DNA of 64,000 nt from Anaeromyxobacteraceae bacterium (GCA_047602405.1 JASGHJ010000002.1:1600001-1664000); one strand, 5' to 3'; shown: positions 1-11,762, numbered from the stretch's first letter. Translations and numbers: made by a program. The notes: a model not told the origin generated them from the letters alone.

Positions 1-1
1 C

Positions 2-223
2 GCCGTCGACACCTCCGGCCTGCGCAAGGCGAGCCGCCTCGCGGCCGAGGCGGAGCGGGTCGAGGCGGAGAACCGCCGCCTCGCCGAGGAGAACGCCCGG
101 CTCACGCGCGAGGTGCGAGCGCTGAAGAGCGACCCCGCCGCCATGGAGCGCGCCGCGCGCGAGGACCTCGGCCTCGTCCGCCCGGGCGAGCGCGTCTACC
201 GGGTGGAGGCCACCCCGCCGTGA
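2..223 (+). CDS. ftsB: Septum formation initiator FtsB/DivIC (5' truncated by window edge)
   Basis: Frame 2 reads ...ENRRLAEENARLTREVRALKSDPAAMERAAREDLGLVRPGERVY: a coiled coil plus the ERxAR-LG-PGE motif of FtsB/DivIC. TGA at 221-223 overlaps the next start. Confidence 0.85.
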   Translation, partial: AVDTSGLRKASRLAAEAERVEAENRRLAEENARLTREVRALKSDPAAMERAAREDLGLVRPGERVYRVEATPP

Positions 224-2493
224 GCGTCCCGGCCGCCTCGCTCCCGGCGAACCGCGCCGACGGCGGGCCGCGCCCCACGCTCGGGGAGAAGCTCGCCCGG
301 ACGCGCCGCCGGCCGCCGCTCGTGCGCGTCTACGCCGCGGTGTTCTCGGAGCTCGGCCTCCTGGGCGGCCCGTCGCGCCGCCGGGTCCGCCGCTTCCTCC
401 TGCGCAGCCTGCCCGCGGCCGTCGTGGTCGCGAACGCGGGGCTCGTGGCGCTCGGCGCCTACGGGGCCCGGGAGCCGGGCTGGATCCAGGCGGGCGCGCT
501 CGCCGCGCTCGCGCTCGGCCTCGCCGGCGCCGTCTACCGCCGCACGCTCGGCGCGGCCGAGGGGCGCGCGGCGCCGCTCCGGGAGCAGCTCGAGCTCGGC
601 TCGCTCTTCGTCGTCGCCGCCCACGCGACCGCCCAGGCCGCGAGCGCCGGCGGCGAGTCGGTGCTGCAGCCGCTCGTCTACCTCGTGATGGCGTTCCTGG
701 TGGCCTTCCTCTCGCGCCCGGCGGGCTTCGCGCTCGTGGGGTTCGCGGTGGCGCTCGAGGGGCTCGCCTGGCTGGGCCGCGGGGCCCACGGCGCGGAGCT
801 GCCGGCGGCGGTCATCCACGGCGGGTTCGTGGCCCTGTTCGCGGCGCTCTACCACGCGGTGCTGGCCGCCCACGTCGCCGCGGGCCGGCGCGCCGAGGCC
901 GAGGCCGTGGCGCGGCGGCTCCGGGAGATCGTGGACCGGGCCCGGGTGCTCCGGGTGCAGGCGCCCGCCGGCGTCCCGGCCGAGGAGGACGAGTGGTCGG
1001 CGTCCGCGGTCGTCGAGGTCGAGGCGGCGGTGAGCGCGGCGCTCGAGATCGCCGAGGCCGCGCTGGAGAGCCAGCTCGCGGCGGTCTACCTGCTCTCCAC
1101 CGACGACAAGGCGCTCACCCTCGTCGAGTGCCGGGCGGCCGACGACGTCGTCGCCCGCGGGCCGCTGCCCGCCGGGGAGGGCGCGCTCGGCGCGGCCGTG
1201 AAGACCCGCCGCCCGGTGCGCCTGCACGGGGACCTGAAGCTGCCCGCGCACCGGCTCGACGGCCGGGCGCCCGGGGCCCTCCTCGTCGTGCCGATCGTGG
1301 ACGGGAAGGGGTTCGTGCGCGGGGTGGTGCTCGCGGAGCGCGAGACGCCCGTGGCCTTCACCGAAGGGGACGAGCGGGTGCTCCAGGCCCTCGCCGCCGA
1401 GATCTGGCGTGCCCGCAGCGCCGAGGCGCTCATGGCGAACATGCGCCGGGCGCGCGACGAGAAGACGCGGCTCCACGGCGCGATCGAGCGGCTCAACAAG
1501 GCCGCCAAGCCCGCCGAGGTCTACGACGCGGCGCTCGACGCCGCCCGGGCGATGGCCCCGGCCGACGTGGCGGTCGTGACGCTGGTCGAGCAGCGCGGGT
1601 CGCGGAAGTTCCACGTGGTGGTGCGCGCCGCGGGCGACGAGGCCGTCGTGAAGGCCCTCGAGGGCCGCGAGTGGCCGGACGAGGCGGGCGGGCTCGTCGC
1701 GTCGGCGGTCCGCTTCGGCCAGAGCCTGCCCGCGGCCGACGTCGACCCCGCGAAGACCCCGGTCCTCGACCCCGAGACCCGCCTGAAGGGCGTCGCCTCC
1801 CTGCGGGTCCTGCCGCTCAAGTCGGCCCAGGAGGTGGTGGGGACCCTGGTCCTCGGCAGCCGCCGGCCGGAGGCCTACGACGGCGACCTGAAGCTCCAGC
1901 TCGACGTCGTCGCCATGCAGGCCGCGACCTCGCTCGACCGGGCCCGCCTCTTCGAGAAGACCGAGCGCCTCGCGACGACCGACGGCCTCACCGGGCTCCA
2001 GAACCACCGCACCTTCCAGGCCCGCCTCGACGACGTGCTCGCCCAGGCCGAGCGGTACGGGAAGCGCGCGGCGCTCCTCCTGTGCGACATCGACCACTTC
2101 AAGTCGGTGAACGACACCTACGGGCACCCGATCGGTGACGTGGTGCTCCGGGGGGTCGCCCAGCTCCTCGCGAAGGAGGCCCGCACGGTCGACGTGGTCG
2201 CCCGCTACGGCGGCGAGGAGTTCGCGATCATCATGCCGGAGACCGACGCCGCGGGCGCCGCCGTCATCGCCGAGCGCATCCGGGAGCGGGTCGCCGCGCG
2301 GACCTTCGAGACCGAGCAGGGGCCGCTGAAGGTCACCCTATCCCTGGGCGTCGCCGGCTACCCGGGCGACGCCGACCGGCGCGCCACCCTGGTGGAGCGC
2401 GCCGACGCCTGCCTCTACCAGGCGAAGCGCTCCGGCCGGAACCGGGTGGTCGCGGCGTCCGCCGGCCGCCCGCGGCCCCTCGCGGCGGGGTAG
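220..2493 (+). CDS. dmxA: Membrane-bound GAF-GAF-GGDEF diguanylate cyclase, DmxA-like
   Basis: N-terminal TM helices, two GAF-like regions, a GGEEF active site and an RTVD I-site. Lies directly after ftsB, as does Myxococcus dmxA. Orthology is inferred from architecture and synteny. Confidence 0.8.
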   Translation: MSVPAASLPANRADGGPRPTLGEKLARTRRRPPLVRVYAAVFSELGLLGGPSRRRVRRFLLRSLPAAVVVANAGLVALGAYGAREPGWIQAGALAALALGLAGAVYRRTLGAAEGRAAPLREQLELGSLFVVAAHATAQAASAGGESVLQPLVYLVMAFLVAFLSRPAGFALVGFAVALEGLAWLGRGAHGAELPAAVIHGGFVALFAALYHAVLAAHVAAGRRAEAEAVARRLREIVDRARVLRVQAPAGVPAEEDEWSASAVVEVEAAVSAALEIAEAALESQLAAVYLLSTDDKALTLVECRAADDVVARGPLPAGEGALGAAVKTRRPVRLHGDLKLPAHRLDGRAPGALLVVPIVDGKGFVRGVVLAERETPVAFTEGDERVLQALAAEIWRARSAEALMANMRRARDEKTRLHGAIERLNKAAKPAEVYDAALDAARAMAPADVAVVTLVEQRGSRKFHVVVRAAGDEAVVKALEGREWPDEAGGLVASAVRFGQSLPAADVDPAKTPVLDPETRLKGVASLRVLPLKSAQEVVGTLVLGSRRPEAYDGDLKLQLDVVAMQAATSLDRARLFEKTERLATTDGLTGLQNHRTFQARLDDVLAQAERYGKRAALLLCDIDHFKSVNDTYGHPIGDVVLRGVAQLLAKEARTVDVVARYGGEEFAIIMPETDAAGAAVIAERIRERVAARTFETEQGPLKVTLSLGVAGYPGDADRRATLVERADACLYQAKRSGRNRVVAASAGRPRPLAAG

Positions 2494-2502
2494 AATCCCG
2501 GC

Positions 2503-3832
2503 GTGAAGAAGAACTTCGTCCTCGACACCAACGTCCTCCTGCACGACCCCCGCAGCATCTTCGGGTTCGGGGACAACGACGTCGTGATCCCGATCTACGT
2601 GATCGAGGAGATCGACAACTTCAAGCGCGACCTGTCGACGCTCGGCCGCAACGCCCGCCAGGTCTCCCGCCACCTCGACGACTTCCGCGCGGCCGGAAAG
2701 CTGCGCGAGGGCGTCTCGATCGGCCCGGAGCACGGCCGCATCCGCGTGCTGACGGCCGAGCGGAAGCTCAGCCCGAACCACGCGATCGAGGGGCACTCGG
2801 TCGACGACAAGAATCCTCGCGGTCGCCCTCGAGCTCGCCGAGCGCGAGAAGGGCACCCCGACCGTCTTCGTCACGAAGGACACGAACCTGCGCATCCGCG
2901 CCGACGCGCTCGGCCTCCACGCGGAGGACTACGACGTCGAGGGCATGGAGGCGCTCGACGAGCTCTGGAGCGGCATCGCCGAGGTGGACGTCGACCCGGA
3001 GGCGGTGAACGCCTTCTACGCCGAGGGCACGCTCCCGGTCCCGTCCGGGGTCGAGCCCCCGCCGCCGAACGCCTTCGTGGTGCTCCGCGACCGCACCAAC
3101 CCGCAGCACTCCGCGGTGGGCAAGTACTCGGCGGCGCGGCAGGCCTTCGTGCAGCTCATCAAGACGCCGAAGGAGGGCGTCTGGGGCATCCGGCCGCGCA
3201 ACAAGGAGCAGTCGTTCGCGCTCGACCTGCTCCTCAACGACGAGGTCCGGCTCGTCACCATCGTGGGCAAGGCCGGCACCGGGAAGACGCTCCTCGCCAT
3301 CGCGGCGGGCCTCCAAAAGACGATGGAGGAGGCCGTCTACCAGAAGCTGCTCGTCTCCCGCCCGATCTTCCCGCTGGGGCGCGACATCGGCTACCTGCCC
3401 GGCTCGGTCGAGGAGAAGCTCAACCCCTGGATGCAGCCGATCTTCGACAACGTCGAGTACCTCATGAACCTCTCGCGCTCCGAGAAGAAGCAGGGGCGCG
3501 GGTACCACGAGCTGCTCGACCTCGGCATCCTCGAGATCGAGCCTTTGACCTACATCCGCGGCCGGTCGATCCCGAACCAGTACATCATCGTCGACGAGGC
3601 CCAGAACCTCACCCCGCACGAGGTGAAGACCATCATCACCCGCGCGGGCGACGGCACGAAGATCGTGCTGACCGGCGACCCCTACCAGATCGACAACCCG
3701 TACGTGGACCAGACCAACAACGGGCTCGTGCACGTGGTGAACCGCTTCAAGAGCGAGCGGCTCGCGGGCCACATCACGATGTCGAAGGGCGAGCGCAGCC
3801 CGCTGGCGGAGCTCGCGGCGAATTTGCTCTAG
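2503..3832 (+). CDS. PIN-PhoH (PhoH2/YlaK-like) protein, apparent +1 frameshift at 2811-2815
   Basis: PIN start FVLDTNVLLHDP, Walker A GKAGTGKT, and RGRS, DEAQN and GDPYQID motifs. The two ORF halves join if GAATC is read as GATC (DDKILAVA). Confidence 0.9.
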
Positions 3833-3850
3833 CCGCCTTAGGATCCGCCG

Positions 3851-4118
3851 GTGACCGAACCGACGCTCCCCGAGCTCGAGTACCCGCTCGACTACACCTT
3901 CAAGAATCATGGGGCTCGCCGCCGACGACTTCGAGCGGCACGCCCGCGCGCTCGTCGAGCGGGCGATCGGGCTCGAGGCCGCCGAGGTGCGGGTGCGGTC
4001 GAGCGCCGGCGGGAAGTACCACTCGGTCTCGGTGGTGGTGCGGCTCGAGGGCGAGGATCAGCGCCGGGCGGTCTACGTGGCCCTGAAGGCCGACGCGCGG
4101 GTGGTCTACTACCTGTAA
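3851..4118 (+). CDS. YbeD/DUF493 family protein, apparent +1 frameshift at 3904-3908
   Basis: LEYPLDYTFK(I)MG...SSAGGKYHSVSV...RVVYYL is the typical YbeD pattern. Confidence 0.85.
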
Positions 4119-4126
4119 CGCGGAGC

Positions 4127-4163
4127 GCCGGTCAGGCGGCGGCGGGGCCGGTCAGGCGGCGGC
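4127..4163. repeat. 17-bp direct repeat GCCGGTCAGGCGGCGGC, period 20
   Basis: Copies at 4127-4143 and 4147-4163. The second covers the stop codon of the minus-strand kinase gene. Confidence 0.8.
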
Positions 4164-5237
4164 ACTCGGCGCGAAGTCGACGACCTCGACCGCGCCGGGC
4201 GCGAGCCCGAACTGCACCCCGTCCCGCCAGCCCTCGGCGTCGCCGCCGATCTGCAGCGGCATCGGGCGCTCGAACGACAGCGCGACGCGCTCGACCGAGA
4301 AGTCGTGGAGCACCTCGTGGCTGAACTCGCCGGAGAACAGGCGGGGCAGCTGGAGGAGCACGTCGGCGACCGGGACCGAGGAGGCGAGCCGGAGCTGGAA
4401 CATGCCCGGCGCGCGGTCGGCGAACGGGAACGCCTTCAGGCCGAGGCCGTAGTACGGGACCGTGCTCGCCGCGGCGAGGGCGCAGGGGCCCGCGTAGAGG
4501 AGCTCGCCGTGCTCGACCGGGCGGCCGATGCGGTTGCCGCGGGCGTCGAGGCGCCAGGCGGTGCGGCCGGTGTTCACGATCTCGCAGTAGCCGGGCCGGC
4601 GCTCCATGAGGTAGCGGGGCGCCGAGCGGAGCGCGACGGCGAGCCCGTAGCCGGGGGCGCCGAGGCCGAGGCCGCGCAGCGGCGTCTCGGCGAGCCGCTG
4701 CCTGACCCAGTTGTAGTCGTTGAGGATCGCGGCATCGAGGCCGACGCCCGCGAACGGGGTGCGGCGGCCGCCGACGTCGAGGAGCGGGAGGCGGCGCGTG
4801 CCGGCCTCGCCCCGGAGGTACCGGACGAGGTCCTCGGTGTGGCGGCGCGGGTCGGCGCCGACCATCTCGGCGACCGCGTTGCCGGTGCCGAGCGCGAGCA
4901 CGCCGAAGCGGGGCGCCCGGGCGAAGCGGCGCTCGGCGATCTCGAGGATGCGGTTCACCCAGGCGACGAACGTCCCGTCGCCGCCGCCGGTGAAGACGGT
5001 GTGGTAGCCGCGGTCCACCACGGCCTCGGCGACGCGCGACGCCTCGTCCGGGCAGGTGGTGAAGTAGACGTGCTCGCTCGGCACCACGCTCAGCAGGGAG
5101 TCGCGCACGCGCGCGTTGACCGCCTTCGCGTTCCCGTTCAGGAGCACGGCGACGCCCTCGGTGCCGGCCGCGGGGGCGGCGTCGGCGGCGGGGTGAAACC
5201 GGGCCTGGCGCTCGAAGTTCTGGATGAGTCGAAGCAT
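4152..5237 (-). CDS. Diacylglycerol/lipid kinase family protein
   Basis: VLLNGNA, GGGDGT, LGTGNA, AGVGLDA and PLQIGGD motifs. Start placed at ATG 5237 (alternative GTG 5243), downstream of the sigma54 site. Confidence 0.8.
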   Translation of the reverse strand: MLRLIQNFERQARFHPAADAAPAAGTEGVAVLLNGNAKAVNARVRDSLLSVVPSEHVYFTTCPDEASRVAEAVVDRGYHTVFTGGGDGTFVAWVNRILEIAERRFARAPRFGVLALGTGNAVAEMVGADPRRHTEDLVRYLRGEAGTRRLPLLDVGGRRTPFAGVGLDAAILNDYNWVRQRLAETPLRGLGLGAPGYGLAVALRSAPRYLMERRPGYCEIVNTGRTAWRLDARGNRIGRPVEHGELLYAGPCALAAASTVPYYGLGLKAFPFADRAPGMFQLRLASSVPVADVLLQLPRLFSGEFSHEVLHDFSVERVALSFERPMPLQIGGDAEGWRDGVQFGLAPGAVEVVDFAPSAAA

Positions 5238-5282
5238 GCTCACGGGTCCGCCTCTGAGGTGTGACGCGGCTGCCCCGGTGGG

Positions 5283-5298
5283 AGCAAGCGCGGTGCCA
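5283..5298 (-). promoter_or_regulatory. Sigma54 (-24/-12) promoter of the lipid kinase gene
   Basis: The minus strand reads TGGCAC-CGCGC-TTGCT, an exact fit to TGGCAC-N5-TTGC. Confidence 0.75.
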
Positions 5299-5484
5299 CG
5301 GCGCGTCACCGAGGCGATCCCGTGTCGGAATCGTGAGTTGCGTGCGGTGCCCTACCCGGGTCGGGTGTACGGGGTACGCGTCGCCAGGGTGGCGGTGCGG
5401 TGTCCGCTACGCACCTCGGCTGCGTAGCGTCGTCGCACCCGGGCGGCGGAGCCCGGGGCGGGAGCGCAAACGACCAGGCGGCGT

Positions 5485-5512
5485 TTGACAGGCCCGGACG
5501 CGGACTTAGGTT
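5485..5512 (+). promoter_or_regulatory. Sigma70-type promoter of dnaK
   Basis: TTGACA-N16-TAGGTT, followed by RBS AGGAGG. Confidence 0.55.
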
Positions 5513-5539
5513 GGCCGCGTCCAGGAGGGACCTTCGAGA

Positions 5540-7436
5540 ATGGCCAAGATCATCGGCATCGACCTCGGCACGACCAACTCCGTCGTCGCGGTGATGGAGG
5601 GCAAGGACGCCGTCGTCATCACGAACGAGGAGGGCTCGCGCCTCACCCCGAGCGTCGTCGCCTACACCAAGGAAGGGGAGCGGCTGGTCGGCCAGGTGGC
5701 CAAGCGCCAGGCCATCACCAACCCCGAGCGCACCGTCTACTCGATCAAGCGGTTCATGGGCCGCCGGTACAGCGAGGTCTCCGAGGAGAGCCGCCGCGTC
5801 CCGTACAAGGTGGTGGAGGGCCCGAACGGCGACGCCCGCGTCGACATCGACGGCAAGCAGAACTCGCCCCCCGAGATCTCGGCGCAGATCCTGCTCAAGC
5901 TGAAGCGCGCCGCCGAGAACTACCTCGGCGAGAAGGTGACGGACGCCGTCATCACGGTGCCCGCGTACTTCAACGACGCCCAGCGCCAGGCCACGAAGGA
6001 CGCCGGCGAGATCGCCGGCCTCAACGTCCGCCGCATCGTGAACGAGCCGACCGCGGCGGCGCTCGCCTACGGCCTCGACCGCAAGAAGAACGAGAAGATC
6101 GCGGTCTACGACTTCGGCGGCGGCACGTTCGACATCTCGATCCTCGAGGTGGGCGAGAACGTGGTCGAGGTGCTCGCGACGAACGGCGACACGCACCTCG
6201 GCGGCGACAACCTCGACCAGGCGATCATCGACTGGCTCATCGCCGAGTTCCGGAAGGACTCCGGCCTCGACGTCTCGAAGGACAAGATGGTGCTGCAGCG
6301 CCTCAAGGAGGCGGCCGAGAAGGCGAAGATCGAGCTCTCCTCGACGATGGAGACCGAGATCAACCTGCCGTTCCTCACCGCCGATCAGACGGGCCCGAAG
6401 CACCTCTCCATGAAGCTCTCGCGCGCCAAGCTCGAGCAGCTCGTGGGGGCGCTCGTCGACCGCTCGATCGAGCCGACCCGCCGCTGCATCGCCGACGCGA
6501 AGCTCGACCCGTCGCAGATCGACGAGGTGGTGCTGGTCGGCGGCCAGACGCGCATGCCGCTCATCATCGAGACGGTGAAGAAGTTCTTCGGCAAGGAGCC
6601 GAACCGCACCGTCAACCCGGACGAGGTCGTGGCGGTCGGCGCGGCGGTCCAGGCGGGCGTGCTCTCCGGCGAGGTGAAGGACATCCTCCTCCTCGACGTG
6701 ACCCCGCTCTCGCTGGGCGTGGAGACCCTCGGCGGCGTGATGACCCGCCTCATCGAGCGGAACACCACCATCCCGGTCAAGAAGGCGGAGGTCTTCTCGA
6801 CCGCCTCCGACAGCCAGACGTCCGTCGAGATCCACGTGCTCCAGGGCGAGCGCGAGATGGCGAAGGACAACCGGACCCTCGGCCGCTTCCACCTCGAGGG
6901 CATCCCGCCGGCGCCCCGGGGCCTGCCGCAGAATCGAGGTGGCGTTCGACATCGACGCGAACGGCATCCTGAACGTCTCGGCCCGCGACAAGGGCACCGG
7001 CAAGGAGACGAAGATCACCATCTCGCACTCGTCCGGCCTCGCGAAGGACGAGGTGGAGAAGATGGTGGCCGACGCCCGCGCGCACGAGTCCGAGGACAAG
7101 GCGCGCCGCGACGAGATCGAGCAGCGCAACCGCGCCGAGAACCTCGCCTACCAGATGGAGAAGCTCCTCAAGGACAACAAGGAGAAGCTCTCCGCCCCCA
7201 CGGTGAAGGACATCGAGGACGCGGTCGCCGAGGTCCACAAGGTCCGCGAGAAGGGCACCGCCGACGAGGTGAAGGCGGCGATGGACCGCCTCGAGAAGGC
7301 GAGCCACAAGGCGGCCGAGGAGCTCTACAAGACCGCGCAGCCCGACGGCGGCCCCGCCGGCGGCCCGCCCCCCGGCGGCACGCCCGAGGAGCCCAAGAAG
7401 GACAACGTCGTCGACGCGGAGTTCAAGCAGGTCTAG
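5540..7436 (+). CDS. dnaK: Chaperone DnaK (Hsp70), apparent +1 frameshift at 6931-6935
   Basis: [17 protein letters not shown] and DFGGGTFD motifs. PQ(I)[10 protein letters not shown] is restored by GAATC->GATC. C-terminus ends VVDAEFKQV. Confidence 0.97.
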
Positions 7437-7453
7437 CGGCTCCGCGCCCGCCC

Positions 7454-7528
7454 GTCCTTCGACTTCGAAACCGCGGCGCCCGGGCCTCACGGCCCGGGCG
7501 TCGCAGTTTCTACGCTCAGGATGAGCGG
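7454..7528 (+). repeat. Modular REP-like element, copy 1
   Basis: GTCCTTCGACTTC + hairpin + TACGCTCAGGATGAGCGG. The arms are identical to the copy at 61603-61663. Confidence 0.85.
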
Positions 7529-7577
7529 TCCAGATTTCCCGGGCGGCGACGGCCGCAGGGGCTAAGCTCCAGGTCCC

Positions 7578-8513
7578 TTGCACCTCACCATCCTCAGCCG
7601 CTCCGAAGGGATCTACACGACGCGGCGCCTCGTCGAGGCCGCGCGGGCGCGCGGCTGGAAGGCGCGGGTGGTGGACCCGCTCGACGTCGAGCTCGGCCTC
7701 GGGGAGGACGTCCCGGCGCTGCACTGGCGCCGGAAGGCCTTCCCGAGGACCGACGTGGTCATCCCGCGCATCGGGCTCTCGGTGCACCAGTACGGCCTGT
7801 CGGTGGTGGCCCAGCTCGAGCTCCTCGGCGTGCCGGTGCTGAACGGCGGCCGCGCCATCTCGGCGAGCCGCAACAAGGTCCGGGCGCTCCAGCTCCTCGC
7901 GGCGGAGGGGGTGCGGGTCCCGCGCACCGTGATGGCGAGCGCCCCGGCGGGCCTCAGGGAGATGGCCCGCCTCGTGGGCGGCGTGCCGGTGCTCGTGAAG
8001 CTCATCTCGGCGAACGAGAAGAGCGGCGTGATGGTCTGCGAGACCTGGGAGTCGCTCGAGGCGGCGCTCGAGGCGGTGCTCGGGCTCGGGCAGAACATCG
8101 TCGTCCAGCAGTACGTGCGCGGCGCGCGGGGGCGCGACCTCAGGGTCCTCGTGGTGGGCGGCGCGGTCGTCGCCGCCATGCGGCGCCGGCCCGCGGTCGG
8201 GAAGCTCGAGACGAGCCTGCGCCGCGGGGCGCGCTTCGAGGCCGCGGAGCTGCCCGGGGCGCACCGGGCGGCCGCCCTCCAGGCGGCCGCGGTGCTGGGG
8301 CTCGAGGTGTGCGCCGTCGACCTCCTCGACGTGAAGGGGCGTCCGCTCGTCTTCGAGGTGAACGCGTCGCCGAGCATCCGCGAGGCCGAGACGGCCAGCG
8401 GCGTCGACGCGGCCGGGGCCATCGTCGAGCGGGCCGCGGCGCTCGCCCGCGCCGCCGCGCCGAGGGCGGCGCCCCGGGGCCGCCGCCCTCGGCGGCTCGC
8501 CCGGGGGGCTTGA
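7578..8513 (+). CDS. RimK-family ATP-grasp ligase (divergent)
   Basis: [28 protein letters not shown] and EVNASP motifs. TTG start. Confidence 0.85.
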   Translation: MHLTILSRSEGIYTTRRLVEAARARGWKARVVDPLDVELGLGEDVPALHWRRKAFPRTDVVIPRIGLSVHQYGLSVVAQLELLGVPVLNGGRAISASRNKVRALQLLAAEGVRVPRTVMASAPAGLREMARLVGGVPVLVKLISANEKSGVMVCETWESLEAALEAVLGLGQNIVVQQYVRGARGRDLRVLVVGGAVVAAMRRRPAVGKLETSLRRGARFEAAELPGAHRAAALQAAAVLGLEVCAVDLLDVKGRPLVFEVNASPSIREAETASGVDAAGAIVERAAALARAAAPRAAPRGRRPRRLARGA

Positions 8514-8567
8514 AGCAACGGCCGCCCCCGGCCGTCCGTGGTAAGAGGTCCGCCCGGAGGCATCCCC

Positions 8568-9056
8568 TTGCGCAACGTCCTCGTCCTGCTCGCGCTCCTC
8601 GCCGCTCCCGTCGCCGGCGCCTCGACGCCCGGCGAGGAGGCCGCGCGGAGCTACCGCCTCGACACCACCGGCTCGACCGCCTCGCTCGCGCGCGGCGCGG
8701 CCGGGAAGCTCGTGCTCGCCATCGTCCCGGGGCCGGGCATCCACGTGCACCCGCAGGCGCCGCTCAAGATCGCGCTCGAGGGGAAGGGGCTCACCTTCGC
8801 GAAGGCGACGCTCGGGCACGCCGACGCGGTGGATCCGAAGGCGGAGGGGCCGCGGTTCGAGGTGCCGTTCACCGCCACCGAGGCGGGCGCCGGCGAGGCG
8901 CGCGCGCGGGCGGAGTTCTTCGTCTGCTCGGATCGCTGGTGCGTGAAGCAGGTGAAGGACGTCGTCGTCCAGGTCGACGTTGCTGCCGGGGTGGGGCCCC
9001 GACGGGCTTTGCCCGGCGGGGCGGGGGGCGCCGAGCCCTCCGGAGAGACTCGGTGA
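8568..9056 (+). CDS. Exported hypothetical protein, DsbD-N/Ig-like fold with CxxxxC
   Basis: Signal peptide after RBS GGAGG and a TTG start. Contains GIHVHPQAP and FFVCSDRWC. Confidence 0.6.
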   Translation: MRNVLVLLALLAAPVAGASTPGEEAARSYRLDTTGSTASLARGAAGKLVLAIVPGPGIHVHPQAPLKIALEGKGLTFAKATLGHADAVDPKAEGPRFEVPFTATEAGAGEARARAEFFVCSDRWCVKQVKDVVVQVDVAAGVGPRRALPGGAGGAEPSGETR

Positions 9057-9799
9057 GGATCCTGTACGGCATGAACCCGGTGCGCGAGCTGCTGCGCGCC
9101 GGCGGGGAGGGGCTCTCGGAGCTGTGGCTCGCGGAGGGCGGCACGCGCGGGCAGGCGTTCGCCGAGCTCGAGCGCCTCGGCAAGCAGGCGGGCGCGAAGG
9201 TGCGCGCCGCGCCGCGCGAGAAGCTCGATCGGCTCGCCGGCACCGACCGGCACCAGGGCATCGTCGCGGTGGTGGCGGACTTCCGCTACGCCGAGCTCGA
9301 GGAGCTGCTCGAGCCGGAGCAGGGGCGGCCGGCGCTCCTCGTCGTGCTCGACGGGGTCGAGGACCCGCACAACCTCGGGGCGATCGTGCGGTCCGCGCTC
9401 GCGCTCGGCGCGACGGGCGTCGTCATCCCGCGCGACCGGGCGGTGGGCGTGACGCCCGCGGTCGCGAAGGCCTCGGCGGGCGCCGTGGAGCGGGTGCGCA
9501 TCGCGCGCGTCGTGAACGTCGCGAAGACCCTCGAGCGCATGAAGGAGCAGGGCGTCTGGTCGGTCGCGCTCGCGGCGGACGGCGACCGCGAGCTCGGCGG
9601 GGTGGACCTCCGGGGGCCGATGGCGCTCGTGCTCGGCAGCGAGGCCGAGGGCATCCGGCCGCTCGTCCGCCGGACGTGCGACATGGGCGCTCGCATCCCC
9701 ATGTCGGGCGGCATCGACTCGCTCTCGGTCTCGGCGGCGGCGGCCGTGGCGCTCTATGAGGCGGCGCGTCAGCGCGCCGGGAAGCCCCGCTCGCCGTGA
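9053..9799 (+). CDS. rlmB: 23S rRNA Gm2251 2'-O-methyltransferase RlmB
   Basis: [37 protein letters not shown] and [18 protein letters not shown] motifs. Confidence 0.92.
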   Translation: MRILYGMNPVRELLRAGGEGLSELWLAEGGTRGQAFAELERLGKQAGAKVRAAPREKLDRLAGTDRHQGIVAVVADFRYAELEELLEPEQGRPALLVVLDGVEDPHNLGAIVRSALALGATGVVIPRDRAVGVTPAVAKASAGAVERVRIARVVNVAKTLERMKEQGVWSVALAADGDRELGGVDLRGPMALVLGSEAEGIRPLVRRTCDMGARIPMSGGIDSLSVSAAAAVALYEAARQRAGKPRSP

Positions 9800-9829
9800 G
9801 CGCGGCGGCGCGAACCGCGCCGAAGTCGA
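9787..9829 (-). repeat. Modular REP-like element, degenerate inverted copy
   Basis: CCGCTC(GCCG)TGAGCG + short hairpin + CGAAGTCGA matches the reverse complement of the other two copies. Confidence 0.6.
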
Positions 9830-9857
9830 GCGAAGAATCACACGGCGATCTGCGCAC

Positions 9858-9887
9858 TTGACAAGCCCGGGCCCCATCCCTTACAAG
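9858..9887 (+). promoter_or_regulatory. Putative promoter of the tRNA-tuf operon
   Basis: Perfect TTGACA at 9858-9863. The -10 candidate (TACAAG) is weak. Confidence 0.4.
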
Positions 9888-9957
9888 GCTCCGCTCCACG
9901 CGACCCCGACAGCGGGGGTTTACGTGGGGGCCGGTTCGGGTTTTCCACCGTGATTTC

Positions 9958-10033
9958 GCTGGCGTAGCTCAGTCGGTAGAGCAGCTGCCTTGTAAGCAGC
10001 AGGCCGCGGGTTCGAATCCCACCGCCAGCTCCA
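9958..10033 (+). tRNA. tRNA-Thr(TGT)
   Basis: Cloverleaf, anticodon loop CTTGTAA, GTTCGAATC T-loop, encoded CCA. Confidence 0.97.
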
Positions 10034-10141
10034 CCTCGGAGTGGGATCAGCAGGCGCGGCAACGTGCGGTGAAGTGCAGCGGGAGCAGTCGCGAAGGGAC
10101 GGGCATCGAAGCACCAGCAGGTCGACAGGCAGTCGAGATAC

Positions 10142-10227
10142 GGAGGGGTTCCCGAGCGGCCAAAGGGAGCAGACTGTAAATCTGCCGGCTTACGCCTTCG
10201 GTGGTTCGAATCCACCCCCCTCCACCA
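10142..10227 (+). tRNA. tRNA-Tyr(GTA)
   Basis: Anticodon loop CTGTAAA, long variable arm, CCA end. Confidence 0.97.
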
Positions 10228-10289
10228 AGCATCGGCGGCACGGTCGGATCGGAACACGGACATCACAGGGGCAGCGGGAGAGAAGTTTC

Positions 10290-10365
10290 GCGGGAATAGC
10301 TCAGCTGGTAGAGCGTCAGCCTTCCAAGCTGAATGTCGCGGGTTCGAATCCCGTTTCCCGCTCCA
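10290..10365 (+). tRNA. tRNA-Gly(TCC)
   Basis: GCGGGAA acceptor stem, anticodon loop CTTCCAA, CCA end. Confidence 0.97.
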
Positions 10366-10424
10366 GTGAGAGGTCGAAGAGGCAACGGCGGTACGCAGAC
10401 CGCAGCATCGCAAACAAGGAATAA

Positions 10425-10500
<76 letters not shown>

Positions 10501-10559
10501 AGTAAACGGCGGCAGGGACGCAGCCCGCCCGGTGGCACCCAACTGCAGGAGACGACGCC

Positions 10560-11750
<1,191 letters not shown>

Positions 11751-11762
11751 GGGAGTAGGTCC

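Noticed and set aside
2494..3832. PhoH2 toxin-antitoxin pair
   Set aside because: Only 9 nt separate it from the upstream cyclase, leaving no room for an antitoxin ORF.
5540..9799. 1419-aa DnaK-RlmB fusion ORF in the track
   Set aside because: Produced by the +1 error at 6931 running through a stop-poor GC-rich frame. dnaK, the rimK-like gene and rlmB each have their own starts and stops.
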